Source: a virus. Taken from it: a stretch of DNA of 64,000 nucleotides. Below are positions 38,682 through 49,062 of this stretch, piece by piece. A program made the position numbers and the translations under genes. The number at the start of each line of letters is the position of its first letter. Positions within the stretch are counted from its first letter, which is position 1. The notes under the pieces are model-generated. The model had not been told where the DNA came from. It worked only from the letters and a program-made list of their open reading frames with translations, and searched no databases. Where the stretch lies: the IMG/VR virus record IMGVR_UViG_3300020190_000012, positions 66,268-130,267 of that record. The stretch is one strand, 5' to 3'.

Positions 38682-39743
38682 ATGAATAAATTGCATCTGC
38701 TTACAACAGGAGTCCTTGCCAACGACCCCATGATCGAGTGGTCTTGCAACCATATCGCGGACAGCACCGTAAGGAAATGCTTTGAAACAGACTGGACATT
38801 CGTGACGCACAGCGAGGAAAGAGCCAGCAAGGTGGTTCATCAGGCTCGCGATGTGCCAATGGATGTTAAGGTTTTGATAGACCCTAGTGCCAGAAGAAAT
38901 CGCAATGATTCTACACTGGCTGCAATACGGACACTTGCAGAAGGCGATTGGGTGTGGATCATCCCCGAGGGGGCCATGGCGGATGTCCACTCGGGTGGAG
39001 AAATGCTTAAGCTAATCAGTGCTTCCGATGCTCCAATTACTGTCGAAAGAGACTTGTGCCGTGGTATTGATCATCTGATTTTCCGTCGCCCATCGGATGC
39101 TGTGCTTGATGGGTCTTCAGATGCAGATGAGTTCTTCACTGACATCAGAAACAGATCCAGATCGATACCCTGCTCGGATGTCTACATATCCCGAGGTGCG
39201 GAAAATGACTTTGAAAAGTTATGTGTCATGTATTGGAACATGAAGTTTTGGAAGCACCGATACTCCGGATTCTACCATGACATTCTCTCTCCGATGCGGG
39301 GCATGGGCTGCGCTCTCCTTGAAATCGGCGTTGCGTTCGGTGGCAGCCTGAGAACCTGGAGGGACTATCTTGGGGGTGGGGCGGTGTTTGGGCTAGACTC
39401 TTACCCAGAGTCTTCCCTTGCGGAGTCTGGGCTTGTCTGTTTGACTGGAGACTCAACCACTGCCGAAGGTGTTGCTGAAGTTTCTAGGATCAATAAGGGC
39501 AAGTTCAATGTGATTGTTGATGACGGAGACCACGATCCACAATCGCAGTTCAAAACAGCATGCAATTTCATGCCCCTGCTAAATGAAGACGGTCACTACA
39601 TCATTGAAACTGCGCACGGATTTGAATGGCTCGTGCCCGAACTGAAGAATAAATTCAGCAATATGAACATCGAGGTCATCGATCAGAGGGTCAGGTCGGG
39701 GTATGGAGATTCAGTGATTGTGTACTGCAAAGCATCAAGATAA
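38682..39743 (+). CDS. sugar O-methyltransferase-like protein with N-terminal extension
   Basis: LLEIGV..GGSL..WRDY, VIVDDGDH, GHYIIE. Confidence 0.75.
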   Translation: MNKLHLLTTGVLANDPMIEWSCNHIADSTVRKCFETDWTFVTHSEERASKVVHQARDVPMDVKVLIDPSARRNRNDSTLAAIRTLAEGDWVWIIPEGAMADVHSGGEMLKLISASDAPITVERDLCRGIDHLIFRRPSDAVLDGSSDADEFFTDIRNRSRSIPCSDVYISRGAENDFEKLCVMYWNMKFWKHRYSGFYHDILSPMRGMGCALLEIGVAFGGSLRTWRDYLGGGAVFGLDSYPESSLAESGLVCLTGDSTTAEGVAEVSRINKGKFNVIVDDGDHDPQSQFKTACNFMPLLNEDGHYIIETAHGFEWLVPELKNKFSNMNIEVIDQRVRSGYGDSVIVYCKASR

Positions 39744-39766
39744 CTCAAACTTTTCTATAACTACTT

Positions 39767-40615
39767 TCAATGCATTTTGCTTACAAGTTTTTTTTGCAAC
39801 TCTTCTAGACGAGTTCTCCAGTCATTTATAGCAATATGTTGTTTTTGATTCATTATTTTCTCATCGTCTGATATGCTTCTACATTTTTCTGCTGCCTCTT
39901 CCCATGAAGAGGCAACCACCCATCCTTCTATTTTTTCATCTATGAATGTTTCTCTTATTTCGTCGAGACTTCCAACCACCACTGGCAAAGCGCCAGCTGA
40001 TAGCGCCTCGTATATTCTCAAGCAATTGAGGGACAAATTACCCCTCCCAATTGGCACAAACTTTGAGTTAAGATACATATTTTTCATAGTAGTCTTGTCT
40101 GCATTCCCAAAAAATCCATTTTCCAATTTGCCGAAAGCCGCATGCATTTTTGCTCGGTCAGACTTCATATTCCCAACGAAAGACCACATACGTGATCTTT
40201 CGCAAGATGGAGTCAAAGATGTTTTCGCGCATGGTTCCGAGAACATGTCAACGCCATATCCTAATGGTATAATTGTAACGTTTTTACAACAAGGGTAGCC
40301 TGCATGACGATACTGCCTAAGATACAGTTGGCAATAATTACTTAGACTGTCAAATTTTGGCCTATTCCCCCACTCATCAGAACAATGTATTATGATTGTT
40401 GGCTTTATTCTTTCACATACATCTGCAACATCATGATATGAATGCACATTGGATGTGAACACCAAAATTCCATATTTTGTATTTTTGGAAAACTCTATTG
40501 TTTTTATTTTTTGCCACTGGAAAAAATTTACAGGAATGTTTGGCAATAACTCCTGTGTGATGAAAGATAGTTCCCACAATCCTTGCTCAAAAAGAATTTC
40601 TGCATGATGACACAT
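39767..40615 (-). CDS. exostosin/GT47-like glycosyltransferase
   Basis: SDEWG, IPLGY, WSFVG, SKF....GN....C.RIYEAL..GA.PV. Confidence 0.7.
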   Translation of the reverse strand: MCHHAEILFEQGLWELSFITQELLPNIPVNFFQWQKIKTIEFSKNTKYGILVFTSNVHSYHDVADVCERIKPTIIIHCSDEWGNRPKFDSLSNYCQLYLRQYRHAGYPCCKNVTIIPLGYGVDMFSEPCAKTSLTPSCERSRMWSFVGNMKSDRAKMHAAFGKLENGFFGNADKTTMKNMYLNSKFVPIGRGNLSLNCLRIYEALSAGALPVVVGSLDEIRETFIDEKIEGWVVASSWEEAAEKCRSISDDEKIMNQKQHIAINDWRTRLEELQKKLVSKMH

Positions 40616-40636
40616 GACTTTTTTTATCTCTATGCC

Positions 40637-40661
40637 TTTCTATTTGGTTTTGAAGTCACCT
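40637..40661 (-). promoter_or_regulatory. putative phage promoter AGG-N18-GAAA
   Basis: AGG TGACTTCAAAACCAAATA GAAAGGCATA. Confidence 0.55.
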
Positions 40662-40736
40662 TTGTCACCAGAAAACACCCCTATTCAACCATTCATATTA
40701 TTTTGTCGGTAATCTCTGAAGCATTCCATGCGCATT

Positions 40737-41630
40737 TCAAAGTTTGCTGAGAACCATCTTGGCAACCATCTTCTCAGTAATCAAATTTTCCTTGGTGAAT
40801 GCGAACAACTCATCAAGTATTTCCGCGTAGTCGGATGGGACGATTTTTTGTTCAGCCCATCTATTCGCATTGATTACTTGTTTCTTTGGGAAATTGGTCA
40901 TTGTCAAGGTTGGACAGGCTTCAAGATTAGGAAAATACGGTACGCAGTGGGAAGCTAGTACCTCGTAGTGCCGGTTACAGTCCCACCCTGCCTTTTTGTG
41001 AGTGACTCCAAAAAAAGATTTGTTGTAGTCTGTGTAATAATCTTTTTGTGTCCAAAAGTTCCACTTGTAAGTTGACGGATCGCCGGGTATGCATGTGCCA
41101 AACATCTGTTCCTTTTCTAGAAATTTGGTAGCAACAGCAGATTCTGTTGCTGCAAAACTTATTGGCAGAACTCTAGGCCGGCCCGTAACAAGTTCTCTTT
41201 TGAAGTATAGTCCATACTGTGTTAAAGACATATCTGTCCCTTGATCGTCTTCTCCATCAAAAATTAGCACACGATCAAAAGGATACACCTTACTTACATC
41301 TTCAAAATGATCTCTACATCTACGAATGCTTCCATATACAATCAGATCATAGAACTTATTTAGGATTTTATCCTTGATTGTTTGTGCATCTTCTAAATTG
41401 GGAACATGTGCCATTTTTCCGTACCCTATTCCCCTGCCCCACATTCCATTCAGGTCAGGGCATCCCTCAAGCATGTAGAAAGGGTGGTGCGTCTCCCAAA
41501 TCTTAAATCCAGGCTGGCGAACGAATCCCTCATACACATGGTCGTTCAAAAAGTCAACATGACCAAAATGGTTTACAAACAGTACATTGGTAAGTGGTGT
41601 GCTTTTTTTTATGGTTGAGTTTTCGGCCAT
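40737..41630 (-). CDS. putative glycosyltransferase
   Basis: DGED, YFKREL, KKAGWDC.RHYE.LA..C.PYF (GT-B-like C-terminus). Confidence 0.65.
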   Translation of the reverse strand: MAENSTIKKSTPLTNVLFVNHFGHVDFLNDHVYEGFVRQPGFKIWETHHPFYMLEGCPDLNGMWGRGIGYGKMAHVPNLEDAQTIKDKILNKFYDLIVYGSIRRCRDHFEDVSKVYPFDRVLIFDGEDDQGTDMSLTQYGLYFKRELVTGRPRVLPISFAATESAVATKFLEKEQMFGTCIPGDPSTYKWNFWTQKDYYTDYNKSFFGVTHKKAGWDCNRHYEVLASHCVPYFPNLEACPTLTMTNFPKKQVINANRWAEQKIVPSDYAEILDELFAFTKENLITEKMVAKMVLSKL

Positions 41631-41633
41631 AGA

Positions 41634-42806
41634 TTATTCATCCTTTTGCTCACAGACTAACTGCACAAGGTGCCCCCAATAGTCGCTATTGGGCGTGATT
41701 GTCGGATATCCAACTGGATTGTTATTGAATGTCCATTTAAATATATGCGGCACAGTGCCTTCGATTTCGATAACAAACCCATCTTCGCACGCCTTCCATG
41801 ATCCTGCTAACTTCGTGCTTTTATCGCTCAAGCACTCCATTATTGATCCATCATCCATCAACTTAATCATTCTGTAAACCACATTATGTCCAAACTGACA
41901 TCCTGTTTGATGCTCAAGATGCCAGGGACACCAGTACATCTTAAGAGCCAAATCCTTGCCAACAAAATTCTTGGCTTTGAATCCTTTTTTAAGACTGTAA
42001 TACAATTTGGAAATCAGGTTATCTACATCCATTGGCGCTTTGAGAAGGGCCTTCTGAAGTGACTCGGCATTTACATGTAGAGTTCTCCTAAATGTTCCGT
42101 GCACAAACCAGCGATCTCCGGTTTTGCACAAAACAGAAGAGCAAACCAACGACGGCCTCCCCGTCCCTCCAGAATCTCCCCAATCCGATCCTTTTATAGT
42201 CTTGACTTTAAGCAATCCAGCAAGTAGACAAATCGCGATATCAGGCGTTCCTACCTCGTCTGACCAGTCCTGAAGTTTGCCATGCCACATATTCTTTTGA
42301 GATGAAGATAGTTCTATAAATTCTCTATTAACTACAGCTACGCATCCTGCCATAAATATGTGACACAAATCAAATCCAGGAAAATGCTTTGCTGCCAAGT
42401 CGTGAACATGACCCCATGCGCATAAATCGATGCCGGGAGTTGTGATCCAACATGCAGGCTTGCCATCTTCTTGTTTCGCCAAATCACAGAACTTGTCTAC
42501 ATCAATTATAACATCGTCATCACAAAATATGCAATAATCATAATCGGTAGATGCTATTCCATGCTCTAGAGCCCATGCATGCCGTCTGCTTGTGGGATGA
42601 GCAGATTTATTTTGTACCTGTACATGATCTGCAGAAATCCATTCCCACTCTTGCGGGATGAAGTCTGGGCGTGGGCCTTCGGAAACAAACTTCATAAATA
42701 CATCATGTTTTGTTGACTTGATAGCTCCGGCGGTCAGCACATGAAGCCTGTCTATATTCTTGCTTGTCCCAAGGATGATGCACGCTACCTTTTTTCTCAT
42801 AATCAT
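41634..42806 (-). CDS. putative GT-A glycosyltransferase
   Basis: IFCDDDVIIDVD; paralog of 42900..44018. Confidence 0.6.
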   Translation of the reverse strand: MIMRKKVACIILGTSKNIDRLHVLTAGAIKSTKHDVFMKFVSEGPRPDFIPQEWEWISADHVQVQNKSAHPTSRRHAWALEHGIASTDYDYCIFCDDDVIIDVDKFCDLAKQEDGKPACWITTPGIDLCAWGHVHDLAAKHFPGFDLCHIFMAGCVAVVNREFIELSSSQKNMWHGKLQDWSDEVGTPDIAICLLAGLLKVKTIKGSDWGDSGGTGRPSLVCSSVLCKTGDRWFVHGTFRRTLHVNAESLQKALLKAPMDVDNLISKLYYSLKKGFKAKNFVGKDLALKMYWCPWHLEHQTGCQFGHNVVYRMIKLMDDGSIMECLSDKSTKLAGSWKACEDGFVIEIEGTVPHIFKWTFNNNPVGYPTITPNSDYWGHLVQLVCEQKDE

Positions 42807-42899
42807 ATCCTTTCATGAAGTGTTGATTTCGTTGCTTTTTCGCTTATTTTATCATGTAGTTTTATAACATGCCGATTTCCCAACAAATAACCTGAGAAT

Positions 42900-44018
42900 C
42901 TATAAAATGGGAACAAGCATGAAAACGGACGAATCGTATCCTTTCCATTTTTGTTGCCCTATGCCAACCGGAAATCGATTGTCGTAAAGACCAAAAAAAT
43001 CAATTGTACTCGAATGACTTGCTGCATCAATCTTCCACCCCCCTGCAGCTGGCTCCCATGCTCCATCAAGATCAGGTCTTCCTTTTGATTGAAATCTTCC
43101 ATTAGCATGCATGACACAGTCGTTTATGGCAATATCGTTTTGGTCTGGATAGTCTATTCGACTTCTCCACGGCCTCCAAAACCACGCTAAATGGAATGGC
43201 ATATCCAAATAATTCTTTGCCTTAACCCCGGAACTAATCGTAGGATGAATAGTTTTTAGCAAATCTTTCGCATCACCGAATGGTGCATTTTTCAATGCGC
43301 ATATCAATGCATCAGGAGGAACAGTCGGACTCTCTCCAGTGGCATGGATATGCCATTGCGTTCCGGAATGAATGAGCAAAGACGAATTTACAAAGTCTGG
43401 CCAACAAGTACCACGATTTGTCATTCCACGAACATGCTGTGCTCCTGCAAGAAAGGCTAGTATTGAAATCTGCAAATCAGGTATAAAACTGCTCCTAGAT
43501 ATGTCATGAGATATTTGTAGCATACATTTTAGCAAATCTTCGTTTTTTCTTACATCAACACATAACTCTCTGTTTATCACTGACGTGCAATACCCACACC
43601 ACATTGAAGATAACTGACGGTTATTTAGATATCTTCTTGCGTGCTTTCTTATTGCTTGTGCAGTTTCTATTTTGCAGTATTCTCCTGGATGTGTAGTCCA
43701 TACGCATGGTCCATTTTGCTGATTTGCAATTTCAACAAACCTATCCACATCTATGATAACATCATCATCACAGAATATGTTATAGTCATATGACTCATTG
43801 GCCACACCGTCTATCAAGGCATGGACATGGCGATCAGGCAGTCTGTATTTCTCACTTGGAATCCAGTTCCAATCCTGAGGAAGAAAACTAGGCTTTTCAC
43901 CCTCGGCCATAAAATTCATTGTCACTTCATGTCTTTGTGAACGTATTGCACAGGCTGTCAAAACCCTCAATCGATCTATATTTTTCGATGTCCCAAGTAT
44001 GTTAATCGATATCTTCAT
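42900..44018 (-). CDS. putative GT-A glycosyltransferase (tandem paralog)
   Basis: ILGTSKNIDRL.VLTA and IFCDDDVIIDVD shared with neighbour. Confidence 0.6.
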   Translation of the reverse strand: MKISINILGTSKNIDRLRVLTACAIRSQRHEVTMNFMAEGEKPSFLPQDWNWIPSEKYRLPDRHVHALIDGVANESYDYNIFCDDDVIIDVDRFVEIANQQNGPCVWTTHPGEYCKIETAQAIRKHARRYLNNRQLSSMWCGYCTSVINRELCVDVRKNEDLLKCMLQISHDISRSSFIPDLQISILAFLAGAQHVRGMTNRGTCWPDFVNSSLLIHSGTQWHIHATGESPTVPPDALICALKNAPFGDAKDLLKTIHPTISSGVKAKNYLDMPFHLAWFWRPWRSRIDYPDQNDIAINDCVMHANGRFQSKGRPDLDGAWEPAAGGWKIDAASHSSTIDFFGLYDNRFPVGIGQQKWKGYDSSVFMLVPIL

Positions 44019-44030
44019 GTCAGGAACCCT

Positions 44031-45383
44031 TCACACCCTTATGTTTGCCGCCCTCTCAAAATAGGCGTCTACAACTTTCTGCACATAGTCCAACTGCCTG
44101 TCGTCTATGACTTGACTTGTGCCCACAAAAAATGTGTCTCTTGTTGACTTCGTGGCGTTTGGATATTTCTTTTTTGGATCGCATGTCTTTGCCAAATCCG
44201 AATATGCCGGCTGCAACAACAGATTACCTCCGAAATAGTTCCTTGTCTGTATCCTGTTGTCTTCAAGGTACATTGTAAAATGTGAACGCTTTAAATAGAC
44301 TCCGTCTCTTATTGTCAATGGGAATGCAAACCAAGATGGGTCGGATTTGCTGGTGGCGCAAGGAAGATGGAACACAGAGTCATATTTACTGAAGATATCC
44401 ATTAGCCTTGCAAAATTCCTTTGCCTCCTTTGTGCGAAAAGCTCTAGCTTTTCTAGCTGCACAAGTCCAATTGCTGCTTGTAAATCTAAGGGCTTTAAGT
44501 TGTATCCTATTTCCTCATAAATGTACTTGTGGTCAAAAACATCATCCGGGAACGCAGGAAGCCAATTGCTGAATCTTTTTTTGCACATTCCGTTCTTCAG
44601 ACATGACGACCCTTGTCCCGTGCAGTAACATCCTCGTCCCCATTCTCTGAGGCTTTTTACCACCTCAGCGCAAGTTTCTGACCGACATGCGACAAAGCCT
44701 CCTTCGCCCATGGTTATATGATGTGCAGGATAGAAAGAACAGGAAGCCATGTCTCCAAATGACCCCAAAGGACGTTTGTCAAATGTACTTCCAAGTGCAT
44801 CGCAACAGTCTTCTAGCAATATCAAATCGTAATTCTTCACTATGGACATAAGCCAGTCCATATCCGGAGGATTCCCAAGGACATGTGCAAACATGATTGC
44901 TTTTGCGCCTTTTTTGGCTGCATCTTCAACCTGTCTCAAATTCATATTCAGACCATCGATGTCAATATCTACGAATACGGGCTTGAAACCATTTTGCATA
45001 ATTGGATTGACTGTCGTAGGGAACCCGGCTACTGGTGTTATTATCTTGCTTCCTTTTGGCAAGTTCCAAAGGCGCTTGGACTTTAATGCAGATACCATCA
45101 AAAGATTGGCACTTGAACCACTGTTTACAAGAGCACCAAATCCCTTATCCATCAATTTGGAAAACTTTCTCTCAAATCTTATTCCGCTGTCTCCGAGTCC
45201 TAGCCATCCTGATAGCAAAGATTGAACTCCTGCCTTGTATTCGGCAGCATCAAAAAAGCTACCAGCGTATCTCACCCAATCACGACCCTCCGTCCATTCA
45301 GACTTGTTTTCATTAAACAACTGCTCTATCAAGTTGTAAATTTGACTTTCTATGGAAGTTTTGTTGATAGTCGGTTCAATCAT
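44031..45383 (-). CDS. rfbH: NDP-4-keto-6-deoxyglucose 3-dehydratase (RfbH/E1)
   Basis: NSGSSANL, EDCCDALG, SFYPAHHITMGEGG (His in place of PLP Lys), WGRGCYC. Confidence 0.9.
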   Translation of the reverse strand: MIEPTINKTSIESQIYNLIEQLFNENKSEWTEGRDWVRYAGSFFDAAEYKAGVQSLLSGWLGLGDSGIRFERKFSKLMDKGFGALVNSGSSANLLMVSALKSKRLWNLPKGSKIITPVAGFPTTVNPIMQNGFKPVFVDIDIDGLNMNLRQVEDAAKKGAKAIMFAHVLGNPPDMDWLMSIVKNYDLILLEDCCDALGSTFDKRPLGSFGDMASCSFYPAHHITMGEGGFVACRSETCAEVVKSLREWGRGCYCTGQGSSCLKNGMCKKRFSNWLPAFPDDVFDHKYIYEEIGYNLKPLDLQAAIGLVQLEKLELFAQRRQRNFARLMDIFSKYDSVFHLPCATSKSDPSWFAFPLTIRDGVYLKRSHFTMYLEDNRIQTRNYFGGNLLLQPAYSDLAKTCDPKKKYPNATKSTRDTFFVGTSQVIDDRQLDYVQKVVDAYFERAANIRV

Positions 45384-46218
45384 TTTTTTTAACCTCACGG
45401 GCAAGACAATCGAGAGCCTCTAGGGATGTAATTTTTGGCTGATAGCCCAGGCTCAATAGCTTATGATTATTGAGACACACATCATTAACCTGAACAATCT
45501 TATGAAATACAGGCGTATTTATGCTCACTATCTTTGAAGACGACTCTAACCTTATTTTTCCATATTCGACAGCATCTTTTATTGTCATGGGGCTTGAATT
45601 ACTGATGTTGACGACAAAGTTTTTTTCGCTGCATCTTATGCAGTTCATAATCGCACGACAGCAATCATCCACATGCATGAAATCTCTAATAGAATGACCT
45701 CCATCATAAAGCTCAACGGTATTTCCGATGGCCAATTTCTCGAACAGGTACTGGATGGCATTTTTTTTGCTAGATGCCCTATGGTCAATTCTTCCAGTGA
45801 TGCTTGCAAGCCTGAGAATCCTGTATTCAATTTCGAATGTTGTGCAATAGGAAATAAGCAGTTGCTCTGCAACTCTTTTCGTAATCGAATAAAATCCTCT
45901 TGGATCACACGGAGTGCATTCATGTGTATTGACGGTGGAATTTGCTCCATAAACAAACCAAGAACTGACAAAGTTAAAGACACCCCTTCGACCAGATTTT
46001 CTGTAATCTTCTAGAACATGTATCAGTTTTGTTATGTTGGTATCAATATCTAGAGTGGGTTTGTCAAAAATGTTATAGTTGTCTGTCGTGCTTATCATGT
46101 ACAAAACGTCATCGCTGCATGACTTATTTTCATACCTTCCAATGGGAAGGCATTCTTCTTTGAACATGGAGACAAAGTTGCTTCCAATGAATCCGGTAGA
46201 GCCGAACACTGAAATCAT
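45376..46218 (-). CDS. NAD-dependent epimerase/dehydratase
   Basis: GSTGFIG, YSITK, RDFMHVDD. Confidence 0.88.
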   Translation of the reverse strand: MISVFGSTGFIGSNFVSMFKEECLPIGRYENKSCSDDVLYMISTTDNYNIFDKPTLDIDTNITKLIHVLEDYRKSGRRGVFNFVSSWFVYGANSTVNTHECTPCDPRGFYSITKRVAEQLLISYCTTFEIEYRILRLASITGRIDHRASSKKNAIQYLFEKLAIGNTVELYDGGHSIRDFMHVDDCCRAIMNCIRCSEKNFVVNISNSSPMTIKDAVEYGKIRLESSSKIVSINTPVFHKIVQVNDVCLNNHKLLSLGYQPKITSLEALDCLAREVKKND

Positions 46219-46219
46219 T

Positions 46220-47098
46220 TTAGATCCTGACCTTTGGCAACATTCTGCTCACATACTCCATGTATCTAGACATCTGTGGAGAACTGAAACCACTACTTTT
46301 TATCGTCTCGGAAAGAACCCATCCTTTTTGCATCGCTATCTCCTCAAGACACGCTATCTTGAACCCATGCTTCTCCTCCACGCTATGGACGAAGTTTGAT
46401 GCTTCCAGCAGACTGTCATGGGTTCCGGTGTCGAACCATGTGAAACCCCTACCGAGTCGTATTACATGGAGTTCTCCATGTCCAAGATACATCTGGTTGA
46501 TTGATGTTATAGACAACTCTCCATTTACAGATGGAGTCACCTTGCGTGCGAATTCGCAAACCCTTTCATCATAAAAGTACAGCCCAGGGACAGCCAGGTC
46601 TGACCGTGGTTCGATTGGCTTCTCCTCTATGGACACTGGCATCCCGCTACTGTCAAGTTCAACCACCCCAAAGTCTCGTGGGTTCTTGACCATGTATCCA
46701 AAAATCGTCGCACCATGCGTTCTTGAAACGGCTTCTTCCAATTGACCGGTGAATCCCGCTCCATAAAAGATGTTGTCACCAAGGGCAAGACAGCACCTTC
46801 CGCCCGCAATAAACTCTTCCCCAATCAGGAAGGCTTCCGCAAGTCCCCGAGGCGACTGCTGAACCTCTATGGTCAGATTCAAACCCCACGATGATCCATC
46901 GCCAAGCAGGCGTACAAAATTATCTCTGTCCTGTGGCGTCGTGATCACCATGATGTCCCTGATGCCCGCAAGCATGAGGACGGATATGGGATAATAGACC
47001 ATTGGTTTGTCGTAGACGGGAAGCAGATGCTTCGATATTGCCTTTGTGGCGGGATATAGTCTACTTCCTGTCCCCCCTGCCAAAATTATCCCCCTCAT
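46220..47098 (-). CDS. rfbA: glucose-1-phosphate thymidylyltransferase
   Basis: MRGIILAGGTGSRLYP, LGDN, EEKP, WFDTGT; ATGA overlap with rfbB. Confidence 0.95.
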   Translation of the reverse strand: MRGIILAGGTGSRLYPATKAISKHLLPVYDKPMVYYPISVLMLAGIRDIMVITTPQDRDNFVRLLGDGSSWGLNLTIEVQQSPRGLAEAFLIGEEFIAGGRCCLALGDNIFYGAGFTGQLEEAVSRTHGATIFGYMVKNPRDFGVVELDSSGMPVSIEEKPIEPRSDLAVPGLYFYDERVCEFARKVTPSVNGELSITSINQMYLGHGELHVIRLGRGFTWFDTGTHDSLLEASNFVHSVEEKHGFKIACLEEIAMQKGWVLSETIKSSGFSSPQMSRYMEYVSRMLPKVRI

Positions 47099-48099
47099 CG
47101 TGCCATCCATTCTCTGTTGTTCATGTACCAAGCAACAGTTTCACGAAGTCCATCGCTCAATGATTTTTTTGCCCTCCACCCGAGCTCTTTCTGCAACTTG
47201 GATGATTTTATGGCATATCTGCAGTCATGTCCAATCCTGTCTTTTACATGGGTGATGAGGTGTCCATACTTTTCGCCGTCCAAATCTTCCATCGTCTTCA
47301 GAATCTCTTTGGCAACCCATATGTTTTCTCTAAAGTCTTCTGAAGATATGTTGTATGTCTCACCAGCAGCGGACGACTTGGCAATCAAAACGAGGGCATC
47401 GCAGTGGTCTTTGACATGCAGCCACTCTCTCACTTGTCTGCCGTCTCCATATATGGGTACTTCTCTGCCTGACATGGCGCACGATATTGTGTTGGGTATG
47501 AATTTTTCTCTAAACTGTCTTGGTCCATAATTATTTGAGCAATTGGTCACCACATGTGGAAGACCGAATGTCTCGCCCCAAGCCCGCACCACATGATCAG
47601 AGGCCGCTTTGCTTGCAGCGTATGGATTTCTTGGGTGGTATCTGTCCATTTCATCTGTGGGGGGATCATGAGGCTTTCGGGAGCCGTAAACCTCATCAGT
47701 ACTCACATGCACAAATAAAAAGTCAGACACGCCTTCAGCTTCTCGCCACCTGTTGACGGCATCCACAAATCTCCATGTCGATTCAACATTTGATTTAAAA
47801 AAATCACCAGGAGACGATATGGATCTGTCAACATGTGTTTCAGCTGCAAGATTTATCACACGCCAAGGGTTGTTCCTCTTCAGAGTATCCATAACGACAT
47901 CTGCGTCACCAATGTCGGCATGAATAAATTCATCCCCCCCAGGCGTTGGCGTGCTCCCGATGTGCACCGATGGTGCCAGGTTGTCTATGTTCACCACCCT
48001 GTCGCCTGCTGACATTATGGCGTCCACCAGATGCGAACCTATGAATCCGCAACCACCCGTCACCAGCCATGTTTTTTTGTTTTTATGTTCCACGTACAC
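47095..48099 (-). CDS. rfbB: dTDP-glucose 4,6-dehydratase
   Basis: TGGCGFIGS, AAETHVDRSI, STDEVYG, YAASK, CSNNYGP. Confidence 0.95.
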   Translation of the reverse strand: MYVEHKNKKTWLVTGGCGFIGSHLVDAIMSAGDRVVNIDNLAPSVHIGSTPTPGGDEFIHADIGDADVVMDTLKRNNPWRVINLAAETHVDRSISSPGDFFKSNVESTWRFVDAVNRWREAEGVSDFLFVHVSTDEVYGSRKPHDPPTDEMDRYHPRNPYAASKAASDHVVRAWGETFGLPHVVTNCSNNYGPRQFREKFIPNTISCAMSGREVPIYGDGRQVREWLHVKDHCDALVLIAKSSAAGETYNISSEDFRENIWVAKEILKTMEDLDGEKYGHLITHVKDRIGHDCRYAIKSSKLQKELGWRAKKSLSDGLRETVAWYMNNREWMAR

Positions 48100-48107
48100 A
48101 TAACTAT

Positions 48108-48132
48108 TTACCTACCGATTGCCATCACCCCT
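48108..48132 (-). promoter_or_regulatory. putative phage promoter AGG-N18-GTAA
   Basis: AGG GGTGATGGCAATCGGTAG GTAAATA, between terminator and rfbB. Confidence 0.55.
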
Positions 48133-48135
48133 CCA

Positions 48136-48170
48136 ACGACAAAACCGCACCCAGGGTGCGGTTTTGTCGT
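48136..48170. terminator. perfect 16-bp inverted repeat, intrinsic terminator
   Basis: ACGACAAAACCGCACC-CAG-GGTGCGGTTTTGTCGT. Confidence 0.8.
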
Positions 48171-48191
48171 GCAAATGGCGTATTTTAAGAA

Positions 48192-48500
48192 TTAACTCTG
48201 ACGCATGGTGTTCTGCGTGGCTGCTGTCGCTTCAGTCTCACTGACCATCTGGTACATCTTTCGCAGAACAGCACCCCATTGGTTCTGCACCGCCATGTAC
48301 ATCTCACGCTGAACCCAAATATCAGCCTGCGAATTCTTCAGCGCAAGGCGCAAAGCCTCTGCTTCCTTTGCCCTCATCTCCGCCCTTGATCTTGTCTGCT
48401 CCAGTTCGTTCATGATCGCCCTAATGCATTCCTGCTCATCCTGATCAACTTGCTGAAACCCTGCCGCACGTATACGGTTTTTAGTCTGTTCATCAAACAT
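48192..48500 (-). CDS. hypothetical coiled-coil protein
   Basis: 102-aa ORF after tRNA. Confidence 0.7.
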   Translation of the reverse strand: MFDEQTKNRIRAAGFQQVDQDEQECIRAIMNELEQTRSRAEMRAKEAEALRLALKNSQADIWVQREMYMAVQNQWGAVLRKMYQMVSETEATAATQNTMRQS

Positions 48501-48525
48501 AAAACAATCATACGCTCCCCAACAA

Positions 48526-48599
48526 CGGGACTGGCGGGACTCGAACCCACAATCTGCCGCTTAGAAGGCGGCTGCTTCATCCGATTAAGCTACAATCCC
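48526..48599 (-). tRNA. tRNA-Arg(TCT)
   Basis: GGGATTG acceptor, anticodon arm GCCGC-CTTCTAA-GCGGC, GTTCGAGT T-loop; no encoded CCA. Confidence 0.95.
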
Positions 48600-48606
48600 A
48601 AATTGG

Positions 48607-48978
48607 TCACGAGCAAGATGTGCAGCGCGTCATGAACCATGACCCATTTTTGGTCATGGATCCTGAAGCTCCGCACATCTCGCAGATCGCTCCAGACATG
48701 GTTTCTGCCATATTTATCATGCCCCCAATCTCCTGTTGGTGCTGACCCGCAATATACACCCTCAGGGTTCCAAACTTTTCCTTCACCTGCATCACGGAAA
48801 AGCGCTCCTCTTCAGGTTCCTTCATCTTGCGCCAAGACGCATCCATCAACTTAAAAAGTCTGTCAAGCAGAACATCCCACCCAGTGCCGCATTCGATGTG
48901 ACAGTGTATCCACGGGTACTTATCGTGCCACACAAATCTCAAATCTTCTTTGGGCTTGATTGCTTTGTCGTTGTCCAT
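48607..48978 (-). CDS. conserved phage hypothetical protein
   Basis: ECG.GW, QVKEKFGTLR.Y, CEMCG..G, C-terminal CxxC. Confidence 0.8.
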   Translation of the reverse strand: MDNDKAIKPKEDLRFVWHDKYPWIHCHIECGTGWDVLLDRLFKLMDASWRKMKEPEEERFSVMQVKEKFGTLRVYIAGQHQQEIGGMINMAETMSGAICEMCGASGSMTKNGSWFMTRCTSCS

Positions 48979-48989
48979 ACGGTCTCTAA

Positions 48990-49062
48990 TGACACCACTG
49001 GGGATCGAACCCAGGACCTAGAGGTTAAAAGCCACTTGCTCTACCAGCTGAGCTACGGTGTC
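48990..49062 (-). tRNA. tRNA-Lys(TTT)
   Basis: GACACCG-TAGCTCAGCTGGTAGAGC, loop CTTTTAA, GGTTCGATCC; no encoded CCA. Confidence 0.95.
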
